A stretch of 64,000 bases of DNA from the human T2T-CHM13v2.0 reference genome, Homo sapiens. Of this stretch, positions 31,430 through 45,582 are shown one piece after another. The notes beneath the pieces are model-generated. The model was given only the letters and a program-made list of their open reading frames with translations. It was not told where the DNA came from and did not search any database. Position numbers and translations under genes: made by a program. The stretch lies in the NCBI RefSeq assembly GCF_009914755.1, contig NC_060928.1, one strand, 5' to 3'. The first letter of the stretch is position 1, and each line of letters opens with the position of its first letter.

Positions 31430-32427
31430 TGAAAGGGTTAACAGCCCACCAAAGTGATATGAAGATTACTTTAACTGAAGAATATCTAAACAATCAGCAG
31501 CCACATAAAGAAACATAATCTAAACTTAGCAGAGACTCCCCAAATACAGCTGCCATTGACCCCCTCCAAAGCAGTTTCCTATTAGAGGGCTAAAATGGTT
31601 AATTCTACATGGCAATTTAATGGGGCCAAGAGGTGCCCAGATTAAACATTGTTTCTTGGTGTGTCTATGAGGGTGTTTCCAGGTGACATTAGTATTTGAA
31701 TCAGTGGACTCAGTAGACAGACCTCCCTAAGGTGAGAAAGCATCATCCAATTTATTGAGGGCCTAAATAGAATAAAAGTCAGAGGAAGGAAGATTTTGGC
31801 CCCTTTGCTTCTTGCCACATACTTGCTCTGGGACATCAGTCTTCTCCTGCCCTTGGACCAGGATTTACACCATTGGTTTCCCTGGTCTCAGAGCTTCAGA
31901 CTTGCACTGAAATTACACTGCCAACTTTCCTACTATGTGAGCCAATATTTCATAATAAATCTCTTCATATATGTATATATTATACATAAATATTCATATG
32001 TATATATAATTGGTTATCAGTAATATGTCAATATATATTATTGGTTCTGTTTGTCTGGAGAACCCTGATACAGGAGAATACTAGCCCTTGGCAGCAGGAA
32101 GTATAAATTACACTGTCATAACACCCCCCCTCCTCTTCAGGCTGAGATTTCAGCCTGGATAAACACTGCCATTTCTATTTGCATCAAAAAGCCAACAGGA
32201 CTTTCCATACTTCCCCACTGAAACCCTGGACACTGGCCACAGCCACTTACCCTCCTTTTGTTTAGGTAGTATATAGACCTATACCTCTGGCTATTCACCG
32301 AGTCATTCATTACTGTGTGTTCCTATATATGTGTGAATTAAACCTGTCTTTTCTCCTTAGTATGTCTGTTAATTCACAGGTTCTGATCACTTGAACTTAA
32401 GTTGACAGAAAGATTTTTCTTCCAATA
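31430..32427 (+). mobile_element. MER34-like ERV1 solo LTR (split by MLT2)
   Basis: Starts tgaaagggtt...gaagattactttaactgaag; ends attaaacc...gttaattcacagg...gaacttaag...tttttcttcc. Confidence 0.6.
31590..32072 (+). mobile_element. MLT2B/C ERV-L solo LTR
   Basis: atggttaatt...gtgcccagattaaacatt...gggtgtttcc...ttgagggcctaaatagaataaaa...ttggttctgtttgtctggagaaccctgataca. Confidence 0.85.
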
Positions 32428-33450
32428 ATCTTAATTACCTCTTTAAAGGCCTAATCTCTAAATATACGTTCATGTTCTGAAGGTACTATGGGTTAGGATT
32501 TTAATATAGATATTTGGGGACACTATTTAACCCATAACACTGAGCTATAAATTTCTCCAAATCACACCTTCTCTCTGATATTAGAAAATCAGTCTTAGAA
32601 AGAGCTTATGTGTCTCATTTCTTTACTCAGAAGGTCTCAAACAATTACGTCAAGCATCCCTTGAAGAAACTAACCTGCTTGCCTACTGGGTATGTCTAGG
32701 TGTGTCTGATCCTAGTAGTGAGAGTCAGCAGAATTGAAATTCAAGCTGGGATGTATACTGTGTTCTCTAAACTACCTAATATGAACCAAATGTGTAAAGT
32801 GTGGAGTTGAGAAAATATTCCCAAATGGTCAACAATTTAGAGCAACATTCCCTATTTTGCTTCAAGTATCCACACAGAGACACCCAAAAATGAGTCTGGG
32901 TGATTATCCTGGGCTCTGAACATTAGATGATGAACAACTGAAGAGAAATAGAAGATCCCACAAATAGAGGTTAAGAGAGGACTATGACATTTCTAACACA
33001 GCTGAATCTAGAATAAAAATTAATCAGTTCATGTTCTGCAAGCAGTAGTAGTTCTAGAAGCCTTGACCCCCATTACCTCACATAGCAACCAACTTACAGA
33101 TAAAGTGCTGATGGGATTTTCAATCACAAAAGATTTGAGAAGAATTCACTGGAGACTGTTTTTCTTAATGAGTCCATTCCTTGCCCAGACCACTTCCCTC
33201 ACTGGGCTGATACAGTAAGGTGTATTCCTTGGCATCTGATAATTGTCATTAAGTCAGCCTTTTGGGGAGCCATTTATGATAGCTCACAACAAATTTGAGT
33301 ATTATGTGCTTTTCATGTAGATGCATTTCTTAAATGGAAAAGTCTCAAATGAGCATTGATAGGTTTATTTCAAGCACATTAATTTGGTTATTGCCCTTAT
33401 GAGGCAGTATTTTTCAACTCTCATATTTATTTTAAAACCTAAAAGCTGTA

Positions 33451-35817
33451 TGTGTTAGTCCATTCTTGCATTGCTATAAGGAAATACCTCAGACTGGGTA
33501 ATTTATAAAGAACATAGGTTTAATTGGCTCACAGGTTCTGCAGGCTGTACAGAAAGCATGGTGGGGAAGGCCTCAGGAAACTTACAATTATGACAGAAGG
33601 CAAAAAAGAAGCAGGCACATCTTACATGGTGAGAGTAGGAGGAAGTGGGTGGCGGGGGGTGGTACCAGACACTTAAAGAATCAGATCTCAGGAGGACTTT
33701 ATCATAAGAACAGCACCAAAAGGGTAAGTCCCTCCCCATGATCCAAAAACCTTCCACAGCGTCCTACCTCTAACACTGGGGTTTACAATTCAACTGGATA
33801 TATGGTCAGGGACACAAATCCAAACCATATCATTCTGCCCCTGGCCCCTCCCAAATCTTGTATTCTTCTCACGTTGCAAATTACAATCATGCCTTCCCAG
33901 CAATCCCCCAAAATCTTAACTCATTCCAGCATTAACTCAAAAGTTCAAAGTCCAAAGTTTCATCTGAGACAACACAAGTCCCTTCCCCCTGTGAGCCTGT
34001 AAAATCAAAACAACTTAGTTACTTCTAAAATACAATGAGAGTACAAGCATTGGGTAAACCCACGAGTTCCAAATGGGAGAAATTGCCCAAAAGAAAGGGA
34101 TGACAGGCCCCATACAACTTCCAAACCCAGCAGGGAAGTTATGAAATCTTAAAGCTTCAAAATAATTTTTATTAACTCCATGTCCCATATTCTGAGCAGG
34201 CTTGCACAAGGGGTGGGCTCTCAAAACCTTGGGCAGCTCTTCCCCTGTGACTTTGCAAGGTTCAGCCTCCACAGGTGATCTCATGGGTTGGCGTTAAGTG
34301 CCTATGACTCATTCAGGTGCAGGGTAAAAGCTGCCAGTGGATCTCCCATTCTGAGGTCTGGAGGATGGTAGTCCTCTTCTCACAACTCCACTAGGCAGTA
34401 CCCAAGTGGGGACTCTGTGTAGGGGCTCCAATCTCATGTTTCCCATCTTCACTGTTCTAGTAGAGGTTCTCTATGAGGGCTCCGTCCCTGCAGCAGGCTT
34501 CTGCCTGGATATCCAGGCTTTTTCATATGTCCTCTGAAATCTAGGCAGAGGCTCCCAAGACTCAACTCTTGCACTCTAAGCACCTGCAGGCTTAATACCA
34601 CATGGATACTGCCAAGGCTTACGGTTTGCATCCTCTGAAGCAGCATCCCAAACTATATCTGGGGACCTTTTAGCCATGGCTGGAGCTGGAGCAGCTGGTA
34701 TGCAGGAAGTAGTGTCCCCAAGGCTCAAGGCAGCAGGGCTGGTCCTGGCCCATGAAGCCATTCTTCCCTCCTAGGCCTCTGCATCTGTGATGGGCTGGGC
34801 TGCCTCCAGGGTCTCTGAAATGCCTTGGAGGCCTTTTTCTCATTGTCTTGGCTATCAGCACTTGGCAACTCCTTACTTATGCAAATTTCTGCAGCCTGCT
34901 TGAATTCCTCCTGAGAAAATGGGTTTTTCTTTTCTACCACATGGCCAGGCCACAAATTTTCCAAGCTTTTATGTTCTGCTTCCCTTTTAAATATAAGTTC
35001 CAGTTTCAGGTCATTTCTTTCCTCATGCATATGAGCATAGGTTGTTAGAAGTAGGCAGGGCACATCTTGAATGCTTTGCGGCTTAGAAATTTCTTCCACC
35101 AGATACCCTAAATCATCACTCTCAAGTTCAAAGTTCCACAGATCTGTAGAGTAGGGGCACAGTAAAGCCAGGCTCTTTATTAATGCATAAAAGCATGACC
35201 TTTGCTTCAGTTGCCAGTAAGTTCCTCATTCCATCTGAGACCTTATCAGCCTGGAGTTCAATGTCCATTTTGGTCAAAACCATTCAACAAGTCTCTAGGA
35301 AGTTCTAAACTTTTCCTCATCTCCCTGTCTTCCTCTGAGCCCTCCACACTCTTCCAACCTCTGCCCATTACCCAGTTCCAAAGGCGCTTCCACATTTGCA
35401 GTTATCTTTATAGCAATGCCCCACTCTTGGTAGTAATATTGTGTATCAGTCTGTTCTCACATTGCTATAAAGAAATACCTGAGACTGGGTAATTTATAAA
35501 GAAAAGAGGCTTAATTGGCTCCCGATTCTGCAGGTTGTACAAAAAGCATAGCTGTGGAGGCCTCGGGAAACTTACAATCATGGTGAAAGGTGAAGGGGAA
35601 GCAGGCACATCTTACATGGCCAGAGCAGGAGGAAGGCAGGAGAGGTGCCACACACTTTTAAACAACCAGATCTTGTGAGAACTCTATCATGAGAACAGCA
35701 CCAAAAAGGGAAGTCTGCCCCCATGATCCATACACCTCCCACTACGCCCCATCTCCAACATTGGGGATCACAATTCAACATGAGATTTGGTCAGGAACAC
35801 AAATTTAAACCATATCA
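33451..35817 (-). mobile_element. Full-length THE1D-like MaLR (LTR 33451-33832, internal 33833-35441, LTR 35442-35817)
   Basis: Two direct LTRs ending aaaccatatca; perfect 5-bp TSD CTGTA (33446-33450 / 35818-35822); internal MaLR ORF remnant EEISKPQSIQD..REAEHKSLENL (34725-35099). Confidence 0.93.
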
Positions 35818-36664
35818 CTGTACCCAGCCATCTTCTCAGCCTTATGCCACCCCTGTTAGTTAATATGCCATAAGAAGTCAGAGAAGATTTTTCATATTTC
35901 CTAATAACATTTAACTATACTATCCATACTGCTAACAGTGAAAATGTTTTTGATGATAATGAGAAAGTACAAACAAATTATTCTTGTCTCCATTTAAAGC
36001 AATTCTTTATATGCTCATAAACTAATTTATTTGAGGCTTTGGTTTACATGGTTCTGTGCTAGCAAGCAGAGATGGTTTAAATTATATTTCTTCAATAAGT
36101 CATCTAACACTTTTTAAAGCTTTAATATAGAATGTCTAGTGCTATAGTGTAGATGACTGTTAATTTGTGTCTCTTCATAAATAATGTGAAAGTATTTAAC
36201 TTTGGAAAGAGAAGACTATAAGAAACTGATTTAAGGAACAGTATGAGTTTCTGTATTACAAATATTTAGATATTCTTAAGAATATTTGTAGATTCCCATA
36301 TGTTTATATGAGAACAAGACCCAGGTCCATTTCTTTTATTATTCTTATCTTTTTTTTTGCCAGAGGTGCATGACAAATAATAAATGTTTAAGAATCAGTT
36401 GTGAATGATGAATGAAGATAATATCACATACTTGAACATGGGATCGAGGAGATGGCCAAGTTAATAGTTGACACAATGCTCAGCCTAATGGTAGGCCCTG
36501 TGCATAACACAAAAGATGTCCAAAGTGTGGTCTCTGTTCATGCAGACTTCTAAAGGTCTATGCTTTAATATCCAAATATTTTAATTCATTTGCTAATCAT
36601 TAGACAGTTAATATAGGCAATAAAAAGATTGTAACAACAAGAGTAAGAAGGAAAAGAATCAGCC

Positions 36665-36790
36665 AGGTATTTACTGAACACTTCATACATGCCAGTCATT
36701 GTTCTAAGCCATTAATTTGTCTTATTATTTGCAATGATCCTGAGGTAAGTAGCATTATTGTTCCCATCTTGTAGATGTGTAAAATAAAGT
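36665..36790 (-). mobile_element. MIR
   Basis: atttactgaacac...gccagtcattgttctaag...cctgaggtaagtagcattattgttcccatcttgtagat. Confidence 0.6.
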
Positions 36791-36879
36791 AGTTTTTCTC
36801 CTCAAGATGTATGGAATAAAATATAAGTTAAGTTCAAAGTAGAAGGTATTATTTTATCAAAATCTACAAATTATATTAG

Positions 36880-37247
<368 letters not shown>

Positions 37248-37802
37248 CAACCTTGCCAGTTTTCAAACAAATATTTCTAATATAGAAAAACACTTTGTAA
37301 CTATCTGAGATTTGGATAGTCATCTTATTTACAGTGTACAAAGTTTTACAAAATTATTAACATTCACAGAAAAAAATAAAACCAAATACAGAAAACCTAA
37401 AACTATTACCATGTGCAGAACTAATGGAATCAAAATTAATTTCTATCTATGAGAACAGAAAAAAAATGCAGCATACAATAATGTGTTTATCCTAAGAATA
37501 CTATGAAATTCTTTCAAAAGTAATATCGTAATGAAGAGATGCCTTTTTAGTCTCTTACTGATAATTAATTTTCTGTTAATATTTAGTGTTACACACCCTG
37601 GAGCCACAACTTAATTCACATATAAAATCCAATTGTGAAATTCTAAACATTGAGAAAGAATCTTTAATTTTGTTAAAACTGAAAGAAAATGGGAAAGATA
37701 TTTCTAGTACCACTATAATCTTGATAAAGCAACCTTAAAAATGTTGAAAACACAAAAATATTAGATTCTATTCCCAATAAAATCAATGCTGCTAATTATT
37801 TT

Positions 37803-37872
37803 TTCATTCATGTATCCATTTAACAAATGATTATTTAGTGCTTACTATGTGTTAGACATGGAGTTAGGCATT
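37803..37872 (-). mobile_element. L2 3' terminus
   Basis: tcattcatgtatccatttaacaaatgattatttagtgcttactatgtg. Confidence 0.6.
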
Positions 37873-38844
37873 TTTTAGCGAAAATTGATATGAATTCAAT
37901 TTCTAATTATGTGAATAATTAAGAAAAATCAAAGTATAGAATTTTTAAATGACTTGAGATTATATTATTTCTTAATTTATTCTTCATTATTTTTTGTGTG
38001 CCCACTTAACAGAGATACATTTTAAAATATAAAGTCACTTTCTTGCTATTAAAAAGATTGAAATCATGGCAAGAAGAAATTTTATCCGGCCTTGCATACA
38101 ACATTGAAGATTAGTCTATGATGATTTAGATACACCACACTGCCCTAGTAGATGTAATGAAGTCATTAATTAAATTGTGTAAAGAATCTAGAAGATAAAG
38201 CTCAGCATCACTAGTCATAAAAGAAATAAAATTGATAACAATAGTTATCTTCACCTGCCAAACACTAGAGAATTAGAAATGTTGGAACAACTAAGAATAT
38301 GGAGACACAGGCATGGTAATAAAAAGTGCTGGTGGGCATACAATCTACTTACCAGATTTTTTTTTGCAGCAAGTAGTCATGTGACAAATTCTGGCCGATA
38401 AGATATAAACAGAAGTATTGTATATGACTTCCAGGAAAATTCTGACATCTTGTATTATTAATGTTAGTAACCATTTAAGATATCAAAAGAGGTTTTGCAG
38501 AATAAAGAGACAATTAAAAGAAAATGGTTTAAAAGCACAGAATTTTCTGTAATACAAATAGCTGGAGAATCAAAAATATTTATATTTGTTTATATAAGAC
38601 AAAAATGAAGTATGTGCATTTTCTGTGCTGTTTTCTTTGTTAAAAAATATAAATGTTCTCCAATAGCATTATGTTTCTAATGACTAATACAAAATGATGG
38701 AACACCCCAACACTGATATTTGATGGATACAATCTCAAGTCTACTTTTTGGGAATACAGGACCTATGCCAAGAGTTCTCAGCCCCTAACTGCCTAAGAAC
38801 ACTGGGAACAGGGCAAGGAAATTCTGAGTTCCTTAAGATTCAAA

Positions 38845-39075
38845 TTACAGCAAAGCTTACCTCAAGTGGTTTAAGCAGTAAGAACACACGCTATTTTGTA
38901 CAACAAAAACTCTGGAGGCAGATGGTTCCAACGTAGGTTAAATTAATAGCCCAAAAAAGTCAAAAGTTCTAGCTCAAAGTCTTGTGATCCTCTGAGCTTT
39001 TCCCTCATGCTCTGAAGATGGCTGCAGCTTCTCTGATCATCAGGGCCTCACATAGTAATCTCCAAAGGCAGATTA
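38845..39075 (-). mobile_element. Old MLT1 LTR fragment
   Basis: caagtggtttaagcagtaaga...ctctggaggcagatggttcca...ccctcatgctctgaagatggctgcagc. Confidence 0.5.
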
Positions 39076-39084
39076 AAAATGAAA

Positions 39085-39736
39085 CACTATTCACCCAGAT
39101 GTTTATAACAGCTTCATTTATAATTGCCAAAACTTGAAAGTAAACAAGATGTCCTTTGGTAAGTGAATGAAAAAATAAACTATGGTATATCCAAGCAATG
39201 AATTATTATTCATTACTAAAAATAAGTGAGCTATCAAACCATGAAAATACATGAAGGAAACTTAAATTAACACTCTTAAGTTACTGAAGCCAATCTGAAA
39301 AGGCTACAAACTATACGATTCCAACTATATGACATTCTTGAAAAGACAAAACTGTGGAGTTAGTAAAGAGATCTGTGGTTGCCAAGGGTTAGGGGGCAAA
39401 GAGAGATGAACAGGAGGAGCACAAAAGATTTTGGAGCAGTAAAAATACTCTGTATGGTACTATAGTGGTGGATAAAGTCATTATAGATTTGTCCAAACCC
39501 AAAGAACGTACAACACCAACAGTGTACCCTAACGTATCCTATGGACTCTGGGTGATAATGATGTGCCAGCGTAGGCTCATCAGTTACAGCAAATGTATCA
39601 TTCTGGTGGGGGATGCTGATAACGGGGGAGGATGTGTACGTGTGGGGGCAGGGCTATATGAAAAATATCTGTATCTCCAATTTTGCTGTGAGCCTAAAAC
39701 TTTTCTAAAAGAAAAAGTTTTTAGGGAAAAAAAAAG
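39085..39736 (+). mobile_element. L1MC1-like 3' end
   Basis: gatgtttataacagcttcatttataattgccaaaact...atggactctgggtgataatgatgtg...ttttgctgtgagcctaaaact then A tail. Confidence 0.8.
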
Positions 39737-41346
39737 CATTCTTTATTTTCAAAGAAAAGCAACCATAAATAATGATGGAAACATGAAAAATTATATTTTA
39801 GGTAGGTACTATCTCTGAGACAGACTAATATCTTCATGAATGTTTACTAACAGTGACATTTTATTTTTAAAACTTCAATTTTTACTTTTAAATAAAAATT
39901 ATTAAATTATTAACATAAAATTATAAATTATTAAATTGAAAATATTTTTAAATTTTTAAAATTAATTTTTGGTTTTTAAAATTAAATTGTATTAATCAAA
40001 AACTACTTGTACATATTAAATAAAATTGAACATGTATATCATTAATCTCACAACTCAATAAGACTCTCCTTTTTGTTAATAACAGTAGTATGGTTATCAC
40101 TTAGTAAGTTCCAGCCAAATGCCATTTTCTTTGTATATAATAAAGTTATATCATTAGTATATTTATGTCACCTCCAGTCAAATTTTAGCTAAGACTAAAT
40201 GACATTATGTTCCAGGAACTTTCCTAAGTACTTTACATATATTTACTTAATCCTGTCAATTTCTTGTGAAGTTGGTATTATTAGTATCCCTATAAATATT
40301 AATGATTACAGGGTGGTCTTAGTAGCACCAAGCCTCATATCCTCCCAGAAAAAGTGCAAAGCATGGAAGAAAGGAGAGGCTTCTTGTGAAAAGTTCCTGG
40401 AAGTCTTCTCTTCAGTTCCTATGAGCTAGCAGTGGAGCTGGTGCAAGGAGAGCTGAGAAAGCCAGGGTGTGGGAGGCGGGCTCTGCCAATAAGGAAGTGG
40501 GAGAAGAGGAACACCCTTAGGGAAAGTACAACCAGATCAGTAGCTACTGCTTCATAACAAACCACTCCCAAAACAGTTATTTAAAACCGTGCATTATTTC
40601 TAAAGGTGCCATGGGTCACCTGACCTTGGTCAGGTTCTGGTATCTTGGCTGGGATCACTAGTGCATTTGTATTCCATTGCTGGATCAGTTCTTGTAAACC
40701 TAGTAGAGAACTACTGGTAGTCCTGGAACAATCTCCTTTGAAGCATTTCTCTTTATTCTTCTTTTTCCATTTTCATCCCTTGGTGCTAGAGCCAGATATT
40801 GAGGTCACTATTTCACTATGAGGTTCAGAATCCTGACTACCTCATAGTAGCAATTCTGGGTGAAGTACATATTAAAGAGGAAGCACATCTTTAGTTTCCA
40901 GTAACTGGCATTTGGTTATGGGGTGGCTGTTTTTCTACGTGGACCAAGCAGGGTCCCAGTTCAAGTTTCTGCTGCCTATCTGATAATCTTGAGGTATTTA
41001 TGAAGGACTCCTTTGAAAGTTCTCTACTGAGTTTCCTTAAGGAATTGGAATATGTAAGTAAATTACTGTCCAGAATGGAGGAAAACTATACTAATCACAA
41101 TGAATAGACCATATATTCCTTATGAAATTCATATCATTTGAAGGAAAATTAGGTTAGTAACTCTACCACATAATGTGTTTGCTTATGGAATTTTTTACTC
41201 ACTTCTTCAGTCCATTGTATTTGCCATGCTTTAGAACATGGTCATGGATCTTATTGGGGTTATCCTCATCTTTATTCCTGAGCAGTCTCTACCTTTGGTG
41301 GCACTGCTTATATTATATTGATATAGTTTTGATTAAGTTTTACCAC

Positions 41347-41937
41347 TGATACGGCTCCAGTGAGTAGAGGAACACCAGGACTCTTGTCTCGTGTGGATTA
41401 GCTAAAACAACACGGACACACGTGGAGTGGCTTTAAGGAGTGGAGAGTTTAATAGGCAAGAAAGAAAAGAGAAGGCAGAAGGAAGAGGCTAGCCTTACAG
41501 AGACAGAAGGAAGGGGGCTCCAAAGCTGAAAGAGGAAACCCCAAGTGCCACAGATACCAGCCAGTAGGCTGGAGAAGGCAGTGTTTGATTTGCATAGAGC
41601 TCAGGGGATTGGTTTGACCAGGCATGTCATTCATGGAGCCCGTGGAAAACGTTGGCCCTCCCACCCCAGCGTTTTAATATGCAAATGCAGGGTGCCATGA
41701 TATTCTACACACGTGGGGATATGTGGAGGCGGCCACATTGCCCAGAATATGTGGGGCAGGGGCAAGGGCCAGAAGGCCGAGGGAATGCCATGTTTGGGTG
41801 GACCCAGTTTCTAATGGCCTGCATTTGCATATCAAAGATTGCTGGCCTGGCTCTAAGAGCTGTTTTAAAAATGAAAACTTTTCAAGGACCCGTTTTCCTC
41901 TCCATCTGCCTGAAATAATTACTTAATAACTCCTACA
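41347..41937 (-). mobile_element. LTR9-family ERV1 solo LTR
   Basis: Reverse complement begins tgtaggagttattaagtaattatttcaggcagatggagaggaaaa; TG...CA termini; near TSD ccac/gcac. Confidence 0.75.
41588..41830. promoter_or_regulatory. Three perfect octamer (POU) motifs inside LTR9
   Basis: ATTTGCAT 41588-41595, ATGCAAAT 41679-41686, ATTTGCAT 41823-41830; motifs seen, function inferred. Confidence 0.55.
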
Positions 41938-42614
41938 GCACCACTAGGCATGGAAATAATTTGGAGGTGGAGACATTGGCAAATTCGTATACATTCAGTT
42001 AACTTCCCTTCCTTGTAGATATGAGAAAACTGACCCTTGAAAAATGAAGAAAGAAAAGTGACTTTCTAAGATTGAACAGCCAAACGATGAGAGTCCAATC
42101 CCTTTGGACCTGTTTTCTCACCTGTAAAATAGGTGGGACCATATCCTAGGAACATCCTGTCTTTGGCAAACAGTACAAAAGGAGAATTTGATAAACAAAC
42201 ACATTTATCTTCATGAATACCCAATCCTACTGGTATTTACACTCTGGACATATACTTCAGTCTGGGGAGAAGAGAAGGACACTGTAGAGATACTCAATCT
42301 AACAGGAAAGAGAAGTAAAAGTCTTATAACTTGTATGAGTTAATTTTTATCAAGAGTGAAGAAATGATTTATGTCGGGAGAGGTGGGAGTTTGGTGGGGA
42401 GTGAGGATATTGCAGCCACGAGAAGCTTGCTCTTGGATATATGCTGTTCTGATTGGAAATTGTATTTTATCCATGTAGTAGCCATCCCTAGTAACTGCTT
42501 ACCTACTTTAGGACTTTTAGTGAACAGAACCTGATTAAAATATACCCTCCTATATAGCCTCATATTATCTTTATAATAAATTGCCATTGAAAACTACTCA
42601 GAAGATAGTTAATG

Positions 42615-42676
42615 TATTTTTAAAAATACATTTTAAAAACATTTTAAAAAACATTTAAAAAAACATTTTAAAAAAG
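42615..42676. repeat. Low-complexity (CATTTTAAAAA)n-like tandem repeat
   Basis: About five imperfect acattttaaaaa units. Confidence 0.8.
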
Positions 42677-44049
42677 TATTTGGGAATCTGGATGAAGTTT
42701 TAGTTTTAAATGTAATATCTTCTGAGAAAAGATAACTGATTCTTGGTCATCGTTTCAGTGATCTGAAAGAATCAATGCTCTTGTATTCAGCCAACAGGAG
42801 GCAAATTGTGAATCCAAATCATAGACTATAAAAACAAGCAAGGACCTTAAAAAGTATCCAGGCTCAAACCCCTGCTTTTAATGATAGGAAAGTAGGCTCA
42901 GAGAAGAGCATAATATGCAGGAATAATTTCACGGATTGCTGTTGTTTGCTTCTTTTTCATTTATTAACCTATTGAATACTTGCTGTGTCTCAGCATTGTT
43001 GGCTGACAGAGATATAATCATAAACAAAACCCCAGAATAGCACAAAAGCATGTTCGCAATGCCTTCCTGACTTCTTCCAGGCTTATATTCCCCTCTTCCC
43101 CAGGCTCTCAGCCTCACCGAAAACCTCAGACACATCCTGTTCTTTCCAACCTCTCTTTCTTTGTTCATGTTGCTGGTCCTTTCGTAATAGTTGATTACAA
43201 TCGTTAATACAAGTACATGGTAGAAAAATCCCAGAGGTATAAAAGGACAAATAAAATGAAAATCACATCTCTGTTTTGTCTGTGTTTCCCAGTCACTCAA
43301 TTCCTCTTCCCAGAGATAACCACTGTTTCTAATTATGTATTGTCATGGAGTTAGTTAATGGATACGTAAATATATATGCATGTATAATTGGTAGTCATTT
43401 TCTGTCACCAAATGTTAACACGTTCTGCATGTTGTTCAGTACCTTATATTTTTGAGCTTAAATGTGTGTGTTTTCTTCTAAATTTGATAGTAAATTTTTT
43501 AGATTAATAAGGTCTCTCTTCACCTGGGCTTTGGTATACTAAGATGATCTTTAACTTAACCTGGGTCGTCTCTTAAATTATATTCTTTATATTATATATA
43601 AATTATATTCTTTAATTCAATTTAATTCAGTTACTTTAATTCTTTAATTCAATTACTAATTCAGTATATTCAATTAATTCATCTTGTCATTCAAAGTCTT
43701 CAGAGCCTGTTTACCTGCAATCTGTAACCTGATTTCATGCCACTGTCTAACTCACACCTTCATATCACTCAGCCCATTTCCTTATTTCCCCTTGAACGCC
43801 GATGCATATTCCTGCTTCTGAGACTCCGCTAGTTGTGTTTCTCACAGCATTCCCTTCTCTCTGATTACAACATTCTTTGAGACTTAATCCTCACCTCCTC
43901 CATGAAGCCTTCACAGCTGTTCCCACCCACATTTGTCTCTTCCTCTTTCATATTCCTGTTCCATTTTGATATAATCACATACTATCCTTTATTTCAGCTC
44001 AGTGGGACTCAGTCATTACTCAGAGTGTTATAAACTATATTTTCCTGGC

Positions 44050-44330
44050 AAGTTAATGTTTACAGAAATCACGTAGCCTCTTTGGACCTGTTTTCTCCCC
44101 TATAAAATGAGAAAAGCAGTATGATGCAGAGCAAGTTCATGGAATTTGGAGTCTGCTAGACTGGGGTTGTATTCCAAAGTTTGCATCATATTCTATCCCT
44201 TAGGCCTATTAGAAAATTGCTCTAAACTCTGTTTTTTAAAATCTTCCAAATGTAAATAACTCCTTCTTCATAGCATTGTTGGAGGATCTAATAGAATAAT
44301 TGATGAGAAGCTCTTGACATACAATAAATG
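44050..44330 (+). mobile_element. MIR fragments
   Basis: ggcaagttaa...tgttttctcccctataaaatgag; tttggagtctgctagactgggg...catagcattgttggaggat. Confidence 0.6.
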
Positions 44331-44887
44331 CCACTTTTTGCATGTATAGCATTTAGTCAAGTGATGCCAATGTGGATGTCACCAATAAATATTTTACTGA
44401 GTATTGGCTATGTGTGCGAGACTTCGTATTGGGCACTAAGGTATGAAGATTTACATGCTTAGTACCAGGACCTGGCACATGGAAGGTACCCAGAAAATGT
44501 TGATTCAACTCCCGGATGAGAAAAAGTCCCCCAAATGCAGAATCCAATATGTTAGAACATGGATATGTGCATTTGTTTTTTTAAAAAGTCTATAAAATTA
44601 AAAACTTCTAAATTTATCACTAAGGATTGCTTTAAAGTTTAACATTATATTTTGAGGAAATTATGAGCCTCAATATAGAAATACAAAGTATTCAAAATAT
44701 GTAAATAATAATTGTTCTTATGTAGATGTAAATTAATCTCTAAGGTTTTTAGGACAAGTTACATAAGAGTCCAAAACAATTGCCAAGGCCCTGAATAGGG
44801 AGTTTGGTTCCTATATTCAAAGAACATCAAAAAAACTAGTGTCGCTGGGGCAAGTTAAGTGAGAGATAAAATGAAATTAAAGGTGAT

Positions 44888-45184
44888 TGTGGCCCTGTCT
44901 CCCAGTTTCTACAGGAATTAGGAGTGTGACTTCAGGAATGGCTTATTCCAAGTTGTAAAACTATCCCCTGTCGTGAAGGTAGGATAAAGTTTACTTTTTC
45001 TTTGGGTAAGGCCAATTAGCAAACACAGGTGGCCAATGATCCTCTCCTGACACAGCTTTTAAACACTTTCCAGCTTTTCGTCTCAGAAAAGTTGAACTCC
45101 AGGCCTTTCTCCTCTAGTTCAATAGCCTTGAATAAAGTCTTTCTTACCTGTATAACTTTATATAGTGTCATTTTTTCTTTGACA
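44888..45184 (+). mobile_element. ERV1 LTR 3' part (MER31/MER67 group)
   Basis: aatagccttgaataaagtctttcttacctg...ttttctttgaca; similar to the reverse complement of the 55354 LTR end. Confidence 0.55.
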
Positions 45185-45295
45185 CAATGATAATGGTAAG
45201 AAGTGGTGGGATCACTGGATATATTTTGAAGACAGGATTTTCTGATAAATTAGATGTAGACTGTGAGAAAAATAGAAGACTCAAGAATTATGTCA

Positions 45296-45582
45296 GGCCA
45301 GGTGCAGTGGCTCATGCCTGTAATCCCAGCACTTTGGGAGGCTGAGGTGGGCAGATCACTTGAGGCCAGGAGTTCAAGACCAGCCTGGCCAACATGGCAA
45401 AACCTCATCTCTACTAAAAATATAAAAAATTAGCCAGTTGCAGTGGCATGCACCTGTAGTCCCAACTACTTGGGAGGCTGAAGTGAGAGAATTACCTGAG
45501 CTCAGGACTGAGTGGAGATCACACCACTGCACTCAAGCCTGGGCAATGGAGTAAGACCCTGTCTCAAAAGAAAAAAAAAAAA
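45296..45582 (+). mobile_element. Alu (AluJ/S-like, small right-arm deletion)
   Basis: Dimer with A tail; TSD aagaattatgtca / aggaattctgtca. Confidence 0.95.

Larger units (their letters stand above)
31168..32539 (-). mobile_element. MLT1A-family LTR split by nested LTRs (pieces 31168-31429 and 32427-32539)
   Basis: gattagggcccaccctaataacctcatttaacct resumes as taattacctctttaaaggcc...ggggacactatttaacccataaca. Confidence 0.8.

Noticed and set aside
39840-40030. Extremely AT-rich tract
   Set aside because: Low complexity with no defined unit or function evident
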